Assembly: GCA_943787795.1 (NCBI GenBank)
Contig: CALSNU010000001.1
Location: 544,001-608,000 of the forward strand
Direction of reading: 5' to 3'
Source of the DNA: an uncultured bacterium
GTDB taxonomy: Bacteria; Planctomycetota; UBA1135; GCA-002686595
Length of the DNA: 64,000 nt
Below the pieces are notes generated by a model. The model was not told the origin of the DNA. It worked only from the letters and a program-made list of their open reading frames with translations, and did not search any database. A program made the translations under genes and the position numbers. Of the stretch, positions 38,740 through 47,833 are shown one piece after another (positions within the stretch are counted from its first letter, which is position 1; each line of letters begins with the position of its first letter).

Positions 38740-40127
38740 GACGGCCCTCCGGGCTGCAGCTCGTGGACGGAGACGGTGGAGCTGACCTTGGTCTTGTCGA
38801 GCAGCGCCGGCCAGTAGCCGATGATCTCGGTGGCCTTGGGCCTGCCGCCGGCGAAGCCCGTGACGCCCGGCGGCCCGCTGGTGACCAGCGGGACGAGCTC
38901 GGAGCCGAAGCGGTTGACCTTCGCCCGGTCGGGCCCCTTCACGCCGAGCCGCAGGACGACCTCGGAGGGCTCATCGCTCCCCGGGACCGCGACGCCTTCG
39001 TGGCAGACGTTGGCGCCGACGAACTCGACAAGCCGCTCCTCCGCGGCGTATTCGAACCCGTCGTACTTCAGACGATCCCAGACAATCTCGCTCGCCAGGC
39101 GGGCCTTGGCCAGGGCGTCGGGGCCAGAGATGGTGAGCTGCCCCACGGACTTCCAGCCGTCCTGGAAGCTCATCGACACCTTGTAGGTGGGGGTGGCGGG
39201 GGCGCCCTTCACACCGCTGATGCGGACGCGGTCGTTGCCCTCATCGTCGATATGGAAGGACGTGAAGTCCGCCACGACGTCGGGGGTGATGTAGTTGGCC
39301 GGGTCGCCCATCTCATAGCTGAGCTGGTGGACGACGGTATCCCGGGAGACGCGCCCGCCGGTGCCCTCATGCTTGGTGACGGTGAAGGTCCCGTCAGGGC
39401 AGGCCTCGACGATCGGGTAGCCGATCATCGCCATGTTCTCGATCGACTTCCAGTCGGTGTAGTTCCCGCCGGTGCACTGAGCGCCGCACTCGAGGATGTG
39501 CCCCGCGACGGTGCCTGCCGCGAGCTGATCCAGGTCAGCCTCGGTCCAGCCAAACTCGTGGATCAGCGGGCCGATGACGAGGCCCGGGTCCGTGCCGCGG
39601 CCCGTGATCACGATATCGGCGCCCTGGTTCAACGCCTCGGCGATGGGGAAGGCGCCGAGGTAGACGTTGGCGCTGGTGACGTTATCGCGGACCGGGGCGA
39701 GGGGCTCCCCCGTGTCCATGTTGGTGAAGGCCTCGCCGCCGCCCATGAGCCCGTCGAGCTCGTCAAGGATGTCATCGCCCTCGACCACGGCGACCTTGAC
39801 GCCCTCCAGTCCGTGCTTGCGAACGACCTCAAGGACGGCGTCCTTGCAGGCCATCGGGTTCACACCGCCGGCGTTGGCGACGATCTTCACGCCCTTCTCC
39901 ATGGCCTTCGGCAGGACCCGGTCCAGGAGCGTCACGAAGTCAGTCGCGTAGCCCTTGGAGGGGTCGCGCGTCTTCAGCTTCTGCATGATGCTCATGGTCA
40001 CCTCGGCGAGGTAGTCGAGCGTCAGGTAGTCGAGGGGGCCCTCCTCGATGAGTCGAACGGGGCCGAGGATCGAGTCTCCCCAGAAGCCCTGGCCGTTGGC
40101 GATGAGGACCTTGTCCTTGGATTTCAT
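38736..40127 (-). CDS. atuA: Acyclic terpene utilization AtuA family protein (DUF1446)
   Basis: 'IANGQGFWGD','DYLAE.TM','NAGG.NP','ANVYLG','GR..D','AGH..ECG.Q..GGN','Y.TPDV.ADF'. Confidence 0.88.
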   Translation of the reverse strand: MKSKDKVLIANGQGFWGDSILGPVRLIEEGPLDYLTLDYLAEVTMSIMQKLKTRDPSKGYATDFVTLLDRVLPKAMEKGVKIVANAGGVNPMACKDAVLEVVRKHGLEGVKVAVVEGDDILDELDGLMGGGEAFTNMDTGEPLAPVRDNVTSANVYLGAFPIAEALNQGADIVITGRGTDPGLVIGPLIHEFGWTEADLDQLAAGTVAGHILECGAQCTGGNYTDWKSIENMAMIGYPIVEACPDGTFTVTKHEGTGGRVSRDTVVHQLSYEMGDPANYITPDVVADFTSFHIDDEGNDRVRISGVKGAPATPTYKVSMSFQDGWKSVGQLTISGPDALAKARLASEIVWDRLKYDGFEYAAEERLVEFVGANVCHEGVAVPGSDEPSEVVLRLGVKGPDRAKVNRFGSELVPLVTSGPPGVTGFAGGRPKATEIIGYWPALLDKTKVSSTVSVHELQPGGPS

Positions 40128-40225
40128 GGCACGCAGTGGATGGGGATCGGGTGGCGTTACCGCGATCCGGGCCGACGAGTCTACCCTCTAGGCCCCCGGC
40201 GCTCCCGCCGCTGGGGCCCCCTCTC

Positions 40226-40819
40226 ATGCGCACTCTCTTGCTCACCGGCTTCGAGCCCTTCCTGGATGTCCAGTTGAACCCCAGCGGTGAGGTGGCGCTC
40301 CAGCTGGACGGCGTCCGGCTTCAGGACAGCCGCGGTGTCGCCCTCGAGGTCCGCGGCAGGGTCCTCCCAGTGGCGTTTGAGCGGGCTCCTGGGGAGCTGG
40401 AGTCGGCCCTCAGGGGCCTCGGCGAGGGGGTCGCCGCGATCGTCTCGTTGGGGGTGCATCGGGGGCCGGCGTTCCGGCTCGAAGAGAGGGCCCGGGCCGT
40501 GTTCCATAGCGACCAGCCCGACAATGACGGCCGGGTGGGGGGCGGGGTCCGGCTCGAAGGCCCGGCGGAGCGTCGGACCTCTCTGGACCTGGACCGCTGT
40601 GAGCTCTGGCTGCGGGCGGCGGGCGCAGGGAAGGTCACTCGGTCCGATGACGCCGGGGGGTACCTCTGTGAGCGGATCTACCGGGCGGGCCTGGACGAGG
40701 CCTCGCGTCTGGATCTTCCGGCCCTGTTCCTGCATGTCCCTCCGGCGGAGCGCATGGGGGTCGAAGCCCAAGCGGGGGTGGTCCGAGGCTTCTTGGACGC
40801 GCTCGCGCGAGAACTCTGA
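40226..40819 (+). CDS. pcp: Pyroglutamyl-peptidase I (C15)
   Basis: 'LLTGFEPF....NPS','LE..A','S.DAG.YLCE','F.HVP'. Confidence 0.88.
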   Translation: MRTLLLTGFEPFLDVQLNPSGEVALQLDGVRLQDSRGVALEVRGRVLPVAFERAPGELESALRGLGEGVAAIVSLGVHRGPAFRLEERARAVFHSDQPDNDGRVGGGVRLEGPAERRTSLDLDRCELWLRAAGAGKVTRSDDAGGYLCERIYRAGLDEASRLDLPALFLHVPPAERMGVEAQAGVVRGFLDALAREL

Positions 40820-40886
40820 GGACCAGAGCAGGCCCAGAGCGGGTGGCCTCGCGCAGGCTGGGCAGCTGGGGCCCTGAACAGGCAAC

Positions 40887-40920
40887 GCCCCCCCCGCCCC
40901 TTGTGGGGGGCGAGGGGGGC
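40887..40920. terminator. GC-rich hairpin between convergent genes (possible terminator)
   Basis: GCCCCCCCCGCCCC-TTGT-GGGGGGCGAGGGGGGC imperfect inverted repeat; no clear U-tract. Confidence 0.4.
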
Positions 40921-41004
40921 GTGAAAGTGGCAAGAGGTACGGTGCGCTGGCTCCCCGTGGAGCCTCCCTCTACGGAGCGCGCCGCCGTCCATCGCCTCTC
41001 AGGC

Positions 41005-42072
41005 TCACTCGGTCTCCATGCTCGTCTTGATGTTGCCTGACATGGCCATCTCCATGCCGAGGTCCATGGACTGTCCGCCCATGTCCATGCCCATCGCCAT
41101 GTCCATTCCGACGTCGAGATCGGCCTGGAGCGTCATGCTGTGCGCGTGGCCCGCCTCGACATTCCAGAGCAGCTCACCCGTGCCTTCAAGGCTCATGGTG
41201 AGGTCCATGCGGTCGACGGTCATCTCGGCGGGAAGCTCCTCGCTCCCCATGGCCTCGGCGGCCATTTCGGACATGTCTGCGGAGGCCGAGATCTCCATCT
41301 CCAGCTCGATCACGGCGACGCTCGTGCCGTCAACGTCGCGCATCTCGACGAACTTGCCGGTGGCTGAACCCTCGACGGCGTCGTCGAAGAACTGGCGGAA
41401 GTCCGACATCATCGCCGGGTCAGGACCCATGCCTGCCTGGGCTCCGTCCACTTCCAGGTCGATCTTGAGGTCGCCGCCAGGCGCCATCACATCCACGAGA
41501 CCCATGAGGTCGATATCGTACGACTCGCCCTCGGCGAGCTCCCCGTCGGGAAGCAGCGCGCGGTAGTCCATGTCCTCGGAGAGGTTCTCGAGGAGATCGG
41601 CGTCGCCCTCTTCACCCTCGGGGAAGGAAAGCTCGTACTCACCGTCTTCGTCGTTCCACGTGAAGATGACGGTGGAGCCTTCGAGCTCGGAGGTGCCTGA
41701 GCCGTTCGGCGACTGGCTCTCCTCTTCACCCATCATGTTGATGACGACGTCCATCTCGAGCTCGGAGCCGACGGCGTCGTAGCTGCGGGAGAGCTTCTTC
41801 GGCTGGCCGGCGGCAAGCGCCACGTACTCGTCGGTGACGGTCGTGGTGGCGACCATCTCCATGCTCATCTCGATGTCCGGCATCATCGGGCTCGGCTCAC
41901 CGTTCATGGTCATCGCCATGTCGTCCATCTCCATGGTCGTGGTCGAGATGAAGGTCTTGGTGAGGGACGAGCCGGCCTTGGGGGCGAACTCGATCTTCGC
42001 GGCCTCGGTGCCGGAGAAAGCGAAGAGGGCGGGGATGGCCACGGCAGTGGCGAGGGCGAATTGGGTGCGCAT
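41005..42072 (-). CDS. Secreted, acidic, Met-rich beta-sheet protein of unknown function
   Basis: Signal peptide MRTQFALATAVAIPALFAF; alternating-Met strands. Confidence 0.75.
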   Translation of the reverse strand: MRTQFALATAVAIPALFAFSGTEAAKIEFAPKAGSSLTKTFISTTTMEMDDMAMTMNGEPSPMMPDIEMSMEMVATTTVTDEYVALAAGQPKKLSRSYDAVGSELEMDVVINMMGEEESQSPNGSGTSELEGSTVIFTWNDEDGEYELSFPEGEEGDADLLENLSEDMDYRALLPDGELAEGESYDIDLMGLVDVMAPGGDLKIDLEVDGAQAGMGPDPAMMSDFRQFFDDAVEGSATGKFVEMRDVDGTSVAVIELEMEISASADMSEMAAEAMGSEELPAEMTVDRMDLTMSLEGTGELLWNVEAGHAHSMTLQADLDVGMDMAMGMDMGGQSMDLGMEMAMSGNIKTSMETE

Positions 42073-42383
42073 TCGAGAGGTCGTTGCTTTGGGGAAGAGG
42101 GGACGATCGCTGTAGCAGCGCGATCGAGACCGGGGGGGGCGGGCAGTCAGCGGGCCCGCGTGGTGAGGCCTACGCCGCTTCTCGGCCGCATATTCATGCG
42201 CCTGAGGCCTCTCCCGCGCCTCAACTTTTCCCGGCAACTTGGGCCAAAAGGGCCCCTGGTGGGGCCTGGACCCAATGGCTGGCGGTTGGACGTTGCCTGG
42301 CCACAACAAGACGGCCCCCGGCGAGCTGGAGCTCCCCGGGGGCCGTGTCAGGGCGCGCTGCAGGCGCCCGAGCCAACCAGGCC

Positions 42384-45300
42384 TCAGTCGCCGAAGGAGA
42401 TCTGGAGGGCGTCCGACGTGTTGGACGTCACCTGCCCGGCGGCCGAATCACGGTGCCACATCTGGAAGTTCCAGGTGCTCCCACCAGTGATCTGCTGACC
42501 GTTGGTGAAGGGATCGGTGAAGTCGACCCGGTAGGACGCGAGCCCGAGCAGCGGATCGGACTGGACCGGGGGGAGGCGGAACTGAGAGCCACCGACACAC
42601 AGGATGCCCTGGCTACCGCTGATCGGCACCTGGGTCTGCTGGTCCCCGAAGAAGAAGAGCCCGAACGAGCCCGCGGGCATGCTCGAGGCGCTTAGGAAGA
42701 AGTTGTTCTCCGAGACTCGCACGCTCCCGTTGAAGTCGATGCGAGTTGTCAAACCGGTCGAGTTGGGGTTGGCCGCGCAGTAGCGGACAGGGTCCGGGAT
42801 GGAGCTGCCGAGCCCGACAATCTCGATGTCGTCAATGGCGGCCTCGACGATCGAGCCGGAGCCGAGGTCCGAAGCGATGAAGCGGAGCTGCATGCTGGCT
42901 GTCGGCGTCACGATGGAGGAGAGGTCGAAGCTCGCCTGGATCCAGCCGCCGTCCGTTCCGGCTCCGGTGGGGCCAACGCTCTCGACATCAACCCATGAAG
43001 CGCCGCCATCGGCGCTGACCTCCACCTCGAAGATGTCGGCGTTCGGCGAGGCTCCCGCGGTGTTGGAATACCACCGCCAGTAGCTGACCTCGACAGAGTT
43101 CAGGCCGTCCGCGTTGAAGAGGGGGCTCAGCAGGGTGGTGATCCCGCCGTCCACGTCGTTCTCGCCCACGCTGCCGCCCGGAGAACCCTGGCCGGTGAAC
43201 CAGCAGTTCGTGCCGACAGGCGAGTGGTCGTCCTCGGATTGGGCGGCGGTGCCGATCGGGTTGCCGAGCGTCCATTGGCCAGTGGTGGCCGTATCGCCCG
43301 GTGCGCCGCCGACGAAGCCGTCAGCCCCGGCCTCGAACTCGGTCACGATGATGGGGCTGATCTCCCCGACGCGGAAGACCAGCGGCGAGCTCTCGCCTCC
43401 CTCCGGGAAGGACTTGCTCGTGCCGGTACTCTCCGTGGCGTTCACGTAGTACTCGACGCGTGACGGAGAGAGCTGGCCGGGGATGCCGGCCGCAAACGTA
43501 TCGCCGACCGTGTTGGACATGGGGATGGCCGTGAAGCCACCGGTCCCGTTCACGCGGTAGCGCAGCTCGGCGCCCGTGAGCGCCCCTCCGAAGTTGGAGA
43601 CAATGTCGGCCTCGACGACGTAGGGCCCTGCCTCGTCGGGAGTGTCGCCGAGGGCGGTCACGTCGTTGATCGAAATGAGCTGGAGAGCGACGCCGGGGAA
43701 ACCCTGCTGGGTGAACCCTCCGTCGATCTGCGCGTAGTTCGGCGTGCCGTTGTTGATGTTGCCGTCGTCGTCATCGAGGGTCAGCCACTGGGACTCGATG
43801 ATCGAGCGGATCTGCGTCTGGTTGTAGCTGTTGAGCCACCCCAGGAAGAGAGAGTTGGCCTGAAGGCTGCCGGCAGCCGTCCCGAGGGGGCCGCTCTTCA
43901 GTGCCTGACGAACCTTCCAGGCCGCGCCCATCCAGACCTCGCCGTTGGCGTGGACTCCGTTGTAGCAGCCGCCGTTGTTGTCGCCGCAGAACTGGCGGGT
44001 GTTGTTGCCGTTCCGCACGGACCCTCCGCCGGTGGTGAAGAAGCGCCCGACGACGCTGTCGTCGTAGCAGTACATGGCGAACACGTCACCGTTGCCCTCG
44101 CCCATGCCGTCGTTGCCGTTGCCGGTGCCGTAGCGCACGTTGAGCCAGTGCCCCTGCTCGTGGGCGACGACGGTGCTGAAGGCCGTGTTGTTGCAGCCGC
44201 CTCCAGCGAGGTAGTAGTTCGTGGACGAGCCGTTGAAGAACGCGTTGCAGCTGCTGTTGAGGTTGACGTTGGCCGTCGCGCGGAAGTCCGCGGTGGGGTC
44301 CGTCGGGAAGGTGTCGCGGATGAAGTCGCGGAGCACGTTGAGGTGCAGCTGCGTGTTGGCCTGTGAGGTCAGAGGCTGGGTCGGGTTCGGGTTCATCAGC
44401 AGGTCGTTCTGCTGGTTCGGCTGCACGCCCTGGAAGGTGATCGAGTAGTCGGCACCCGTGTCGTTGTTGATGTTGGTGAACTCTCCGAAGTAGTCCACCG
44501 TCAGGTCGAGGGGGGTGTTCACTCCAGTGATCGTGAAGTTGCCGTCACGGTCCGTCTCCACCGTGCCTGCGCTGCTGGTGATGCGCGTCCGCGGCATCGC
44601 GATGGGCGTCGGCGGGTTCGCGCTACGGTCTGCGCTGAGCCCCGGCGTCGCGTTGGCGCGGACCGTGCCGAAGACGTCGAAGTTGTGGATGGTGTTCTCA
44701 CTCTTGATGACGTTCCTTCCGGTCGCGTCGATCGAGTAGCGGCGGCCGATGGGCTGGTCCACACCGTTGTCGAACGTGGCGTCGATCTCCCACGCCAGGT
44801 CCCAGCTCTTCACCTCGCCGCGCTCGGAGTGCGCGTGGACGAGACGTGAATCTCCCATCTGGTTCGGCTGGAGGCCAAACTCATCCTTGAAGGCCCGCGC
44901 CGCCACGAGGGCGGCGAAGCCCGCGCCGGTGGTCGGCTTACCGCTGGGGCTCGTCAGGGTCGCCGCCGCGGTGCAGTGCACCGAGAGGAGCCGTCCGCTC
45001 ATGTCGAACAGGACGTTGACGGCGCCGTCTTCCACGGGGACTCCGTTGACGACCTGCTCGAACCGCACCGTGATCTTGTCCGTGGAGTTCACCTGCCCGA
45101 GGGGCATGAACCGGAAGCGCTCCTCCACCAGTTGGTCCGACTCGATCCCGTGCATCTGGTAGGTCTGCTCGACCCAGTAGCGGGCGAGGGAGAACCACTC
45201 CACGGGCTCGGAGGTGTTCGGCTCGACCGGGGACACCGCGTTTCCACCGAACAGCATCTCCAGGGTGCCCGTCCGTGGGTTGGACAGGAGGCGCCAGGAG

Positions 45301-45461
45301 TCGCCGTGTTCCGCTCGCCAGTTGGCAAGGAGCGTCTCAGGGCTGGAGGTGAACTCGGTCGGCTGGTTCAGCGACTGTGCGGTCGCGGGGGCTGCGAAGA
45401 ATGCCGCGGCGAGAGCAACGCTGGTGATGGGAGCGATCATGCCTGGGATGGAAGGAGTCAA
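42384..45461 (-). CDS. Secreted M4/M36-like metallopeptidase (FTP/PepSY prodomain) with C-terminal beta domains and the conserved C-terminal domain
   Basis: Signal peptide; 'VRFEQVVNGVPV' (FTP); 'CNAFF', 'HEQGH', 'GMGEG.GD', 'VHANG' thermolysin-like motifs. Confidence 0.85.
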   Translation of the reverse strand: MTPSIPGMIAPITSVALAAAFFAAPATAQSLNQPTEFTSSPETLLANWRAEHGDSWRLLSNPRTGTLEMLFGGNAVSPVEPNTSEPVEWFSLARYWVEQTYQMHGIESDQLVEERFRFMPLGQVNSTDKITVRFEQVVNGVPVEDGAVNVLFDMSGRLLSVHCTAAATLTSPSGKPTTGAGFAALVAARAFKDEFGLQPNQMGDSRLVHAHSERGEVKSWDLAWEIDATFDNGVDQPIGRRYSIDATGRNVIKSENTIHNFDVFGTVRANATPGLSADRSANPPTPIAMPRTRITSSAGTVETDRDGNFTITGVNTPLDLTVDYFGEFTNINNDTGADYSITFQGVQPNQQNDLLMNPNPTQPLTSQANTQLHLNVLRDFIRDTFPTDPTADFRATANVNLNSSCNAFFNGSSTNYYLAGGGCNNTAFSTVVAHEQGHWLNVRYGTGNGNDGMGEGNGDVFAMYCYDDSVVGRFFTTGGGSVRNGNNTRQFCGDNNGGCYNGVHANGEVWMGAAWKVRQALKSGPLGTAAGSLQANSLFLGWLNSYNQTQIRSIIESQWLTLDDDDGNINNGTPNYAQIDGGFTQQGFPGVALQLISINDVTALGDTPDEAGPYVVEADIVSNFGGALTGAELRYRVNGTGGFTAIPMSNTVGDTFAAGIPGQLSPSRVEYYVNATESTGTSKSFPEGGESSPLVFRVGEISPIIVTEFEAGADGFVGGAPGDTATTGQWTLGNPIGTAAQSEDDHSPVGTNCWFTGQGSPGGSVGENDVDGGITTLLSPLFNADGLNSVEVSYWRWYSNTAGASPNADIFEVEVSADGGASWVDVESVGPTGAGTDGGWIQASFDLSSIVTPTASMQLRFIASDLGSGSIVEAAIDDIEIVGLGSSIPDPVRYCAANPNSTGLTTRIDFNGSVRVSENNFFLSASSMPAGSFGLFFFGDQQTQVPISGSQGILCVGGSQFRLPPVQSDPLLGLASYRVDFTDPFTNGQQITGGSTWNFQMWHRDSAAGQVTSNTSDALQISFGD

Positions 45462-45852
45462 AAGGAATCGCTTCTGCTCTCTTGGGAGCGCTCGGGAGGA
45501 ACGCGGAGGCGGAAGGAATGGAGTACATGAGGGTGACGCAGGGCTTGGAATCGGTGTTCCAGAAAGGACGAGGTGATTCGTTCAGAGATCGTTAACGACC
45601 CGGATCTCGTGTGCCTGCTGCGGCAGGGTGGCGCACGCCCAAGCGTCCGCCTTTGAAGTGTTCCCGCACTACCTCGGCTGTGTCGTGGCTCTCGCCGAGC
45701 ATCTCTGATTCAATCCCAAGCCGGGGCAGTATCTGCCCCCATGTGCACCCGTCGCGGCCAGGAAATGGACTGCGGGTGCCACGCCTTCGATGGCCCGTGC
45801 CGTGCACTGGCCCACAGGAACGACACCCGAAGACCCCAGCAGCGAGCCCAAG

Positions 45853-46083
45853 ATGGACGTCCAGATCGAGTACTGCACCCAGTGAAACTACGCCTCGCAG
45901 GCAGCCGGTCTGGCTGCTGAACTCGAGAGCTCGTTCGACGGCGCCAGCGTGACCCTCGTGGAGGGGAGCGGAGGCCGATTCGAGGTGACCGTCGACGGGA
46001 AGCTCCTCTTCTCGAAGGCCGCCCTGGACCGTTTCCCGGCCTACCAGGAAATCCCGAAGCTCATCTTCGAAGCCGCCTCCTGA
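45853..46083 (+). CDS. SelW/Rdx-family selenoprotein (CxxU); TGA 45883-45885 read as Sec
   Basis: Manual translation: MDVQIEYCTQ-U-NYASQAAGLAAELESSFDGASVTLVEGSGGRFEVTVDGKLLFSKAALDRFPAYQEIPKLIFEAAS* (76 aa), with Rdx motifs 'I.YC..U.Y', 'G..G.FEV.VDG.L.FSK....RFP'. Absent from the ORF track. Confidence 0.93.
45901..45917 (+). promoter_or_regulatory. Putative bacterial SECIS element
   Basis: Perfect stem GCAGCC/GGCTGC, loop GGTCT, with 21 nt between the UGA and the loop. Confidence 0.82.
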
Positions 46084-46198
46084 CAGGCCGATGCCGCCCC
46101 CTGACAGGGGGAAGTTGAGGCCGCTCGCTCTGACGCCTCGCCCCGCGCTCCCGCGGACCACGCTGTGGACCCGCCGGGACACTCTGAATCACCGAATC

Positions 46199-47689
46199 AT
46201 GCAGACAGCTCAATCGCCGCGCCGGCGGCGACTCCCCGCCCGCTTCCTCAGCTCCTCGAAGCACTCGGACCCGCCCCGGTTCACCAAGGTCGTGGCCACG
46301 ATTGGTCCTGCTTCCGAAGACCATCTGGTGGAGCTGATCGAGGCCGGTATGTCGGTGGCTCGCCTCAACTTCAGCCACGGCTCGGCCGAGGATCACCGAA
46401 GCCGGATGGAGAAGATCCGGGAGGCGTCCACCGCGCTGATGACCCCGGTGGCCGTTCTGGCGGACCTCCCCGGTCCGAAGATGCGTACGGGGATGTTTCC
46501 CGACGGCGCCATTCAGCTGAATGACGGGGACGTCGTGCAGGTGAAACCCGGGCAGGGAATGGCCGGGCCTGGCGAGGTCCTGGTCGGCGTCGACGACCTC
46601 CTGGAGGCCGTCCAGGCCGGACACCGGATCGTGCTCGCGGACGGCCAGGTGCTCCTCGAGGCCCTCAGCGTGGGGGAGGAATCCGTGGAGGCGCGCGTGC
46701 TCCGGGCGGGACCGGTGGGCAACCGAAAGGGCGTCCACCTCCCGGACTCCAACGTCCGGTACGACCTCCCCACGGACGAGGATCGAGAGCTGATCAAGCT
46801 CGCGTGTGAGCTGGGCGTCGACATGCTCGGGATCAGCTTCGTGGGCAACGCCAGCGAGCTGGAGGAGATCCGAGGCCTGGCGCCGGGGATCCAGCTCGTC
46901 TCCAAGATCGAGCGCAAAGCCGCGCTGAGGAACCTGGACTCGATTCTCGAGGCCACGGATGGGCTGATGGTGGCTCGCGGGGACCTGGGCGTGGAGCTCG
47001 ACCTCGAGCAGCTCCCTCTCGTTCAAAAGGAGATCCTGCGCCGCTCCGTGCTGGCGGGTGTCTACTCGATCACCGCGACCGAGATGCTGGAGTCGATGAT
47101 CGAGGCTGGGAGGCCCACCCGCGCTGAGGTCACTGACGTGGCCAACGCGGTCCTCGACGGGACCGACGCGGTGATGCTCTCCGCGGAGACGGCGGTGGGG
47201 AAGCACCCCAGAGAGGCCGTGGCGACCATGGCCCGGATTGCTAGGGTTGCCGAGCAGTCCGGGATCTACGCGCGCCGGCCCAGGCTCTCGGCGGCTCCCG
47301 AGAAGAGCTACTTCTCGCGCGCCACGGCCATGGCGGCGGTCCACGTTGCAAATCAGGTGGACGTGGACCGGATCGTCTGCTTCTCCGAGACGGGCAACAC
47401 CGTTCGCCTGCTCTCGAGGTTTCGGCCAGACGCCGAGATCGTGGCCCTCAGCCCGCGTCCGGACACGGTCCGTCAGATGGCGGTCTTGGCCCACGTCCGG
47501 CCGCTGCTCTTCCGCCAGGAGCCGACCCTGGAGGCGATGATCGACACGGCGGCGGACCTGCTCCTGGCAAGGCAGATCGTCAAGATGGGAGACCGGGTGG
47601 TGTTCGTGGGGGGCGTGCCTGTAGGCTTCGCTCGGAGCACCAACGTGCTCAAACTCCATCGCATCGGCGAAGATTCCCGCTTCGCCTGA
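46199..47689 (+). CDS. pyk: Pyruvate kinase
   Basis: 'TKVVATIGP','ARLNFSHG','DLPGPKMR','SKIE','MVARGDLG','PTRAEV.DVANA..DG.DAVMLS.ETA.G'; start approximate. Confidence 0.93.
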   Translation: MQTAQSPRRRRLPARFLSSSKHSDPPRFTKVVATIGPASEDHLVELIEAGMSVARLNFSHGSAEDHRSRMEKIREASTALMTPVAVLADLPGPKMRTGMFPDGAIQLNDGDVVQVKPGQGMAGPGEVLVGVDDLLEAVQAGHRIVLADGQVLLEALSVGEESVEARVLRAGPVGNRKGVHLPDSNVRYDLPTDEDRELIKLACELGVDMLGISFVGNASELEEIRGLAPGIQLVSKIERKAALRNLDSILEATDGLMVARGDLGVELDLEQLPLVQKEILRRSVLAGVYSITATEMLESMIEAGRPTRAEVTDVANAVLDGTDAVMLSAETAVGKHPREAVATMARIARVAEQSGIYARRPRLSAAPEKSYFSRATAMAAVHVANQVDVDRIVCFSETGNTVRLLSRFRPDAEIVALSPRPDTVRQMAVLAHVRPLLFRQEPTLEAMIDTAADLLLARQIVKMGDRVVFVGGVPVGFARSTNVLKLHRIGEDSRFA

Positions 47690-47833
47690 CGTTCCTTCCG
47701 CCCGCAGGGCTTTCTGCGGACCCCGACTCGGGTCGACGCGCCTCTCTCCAGTGAGGTCGACCTCGGGGTCCGTGCATCCCGGTTATTCCGTCCGTCCCCT
47801 TCATGCTGAATCGCTTCCAGTTCGCCCGTCTGC

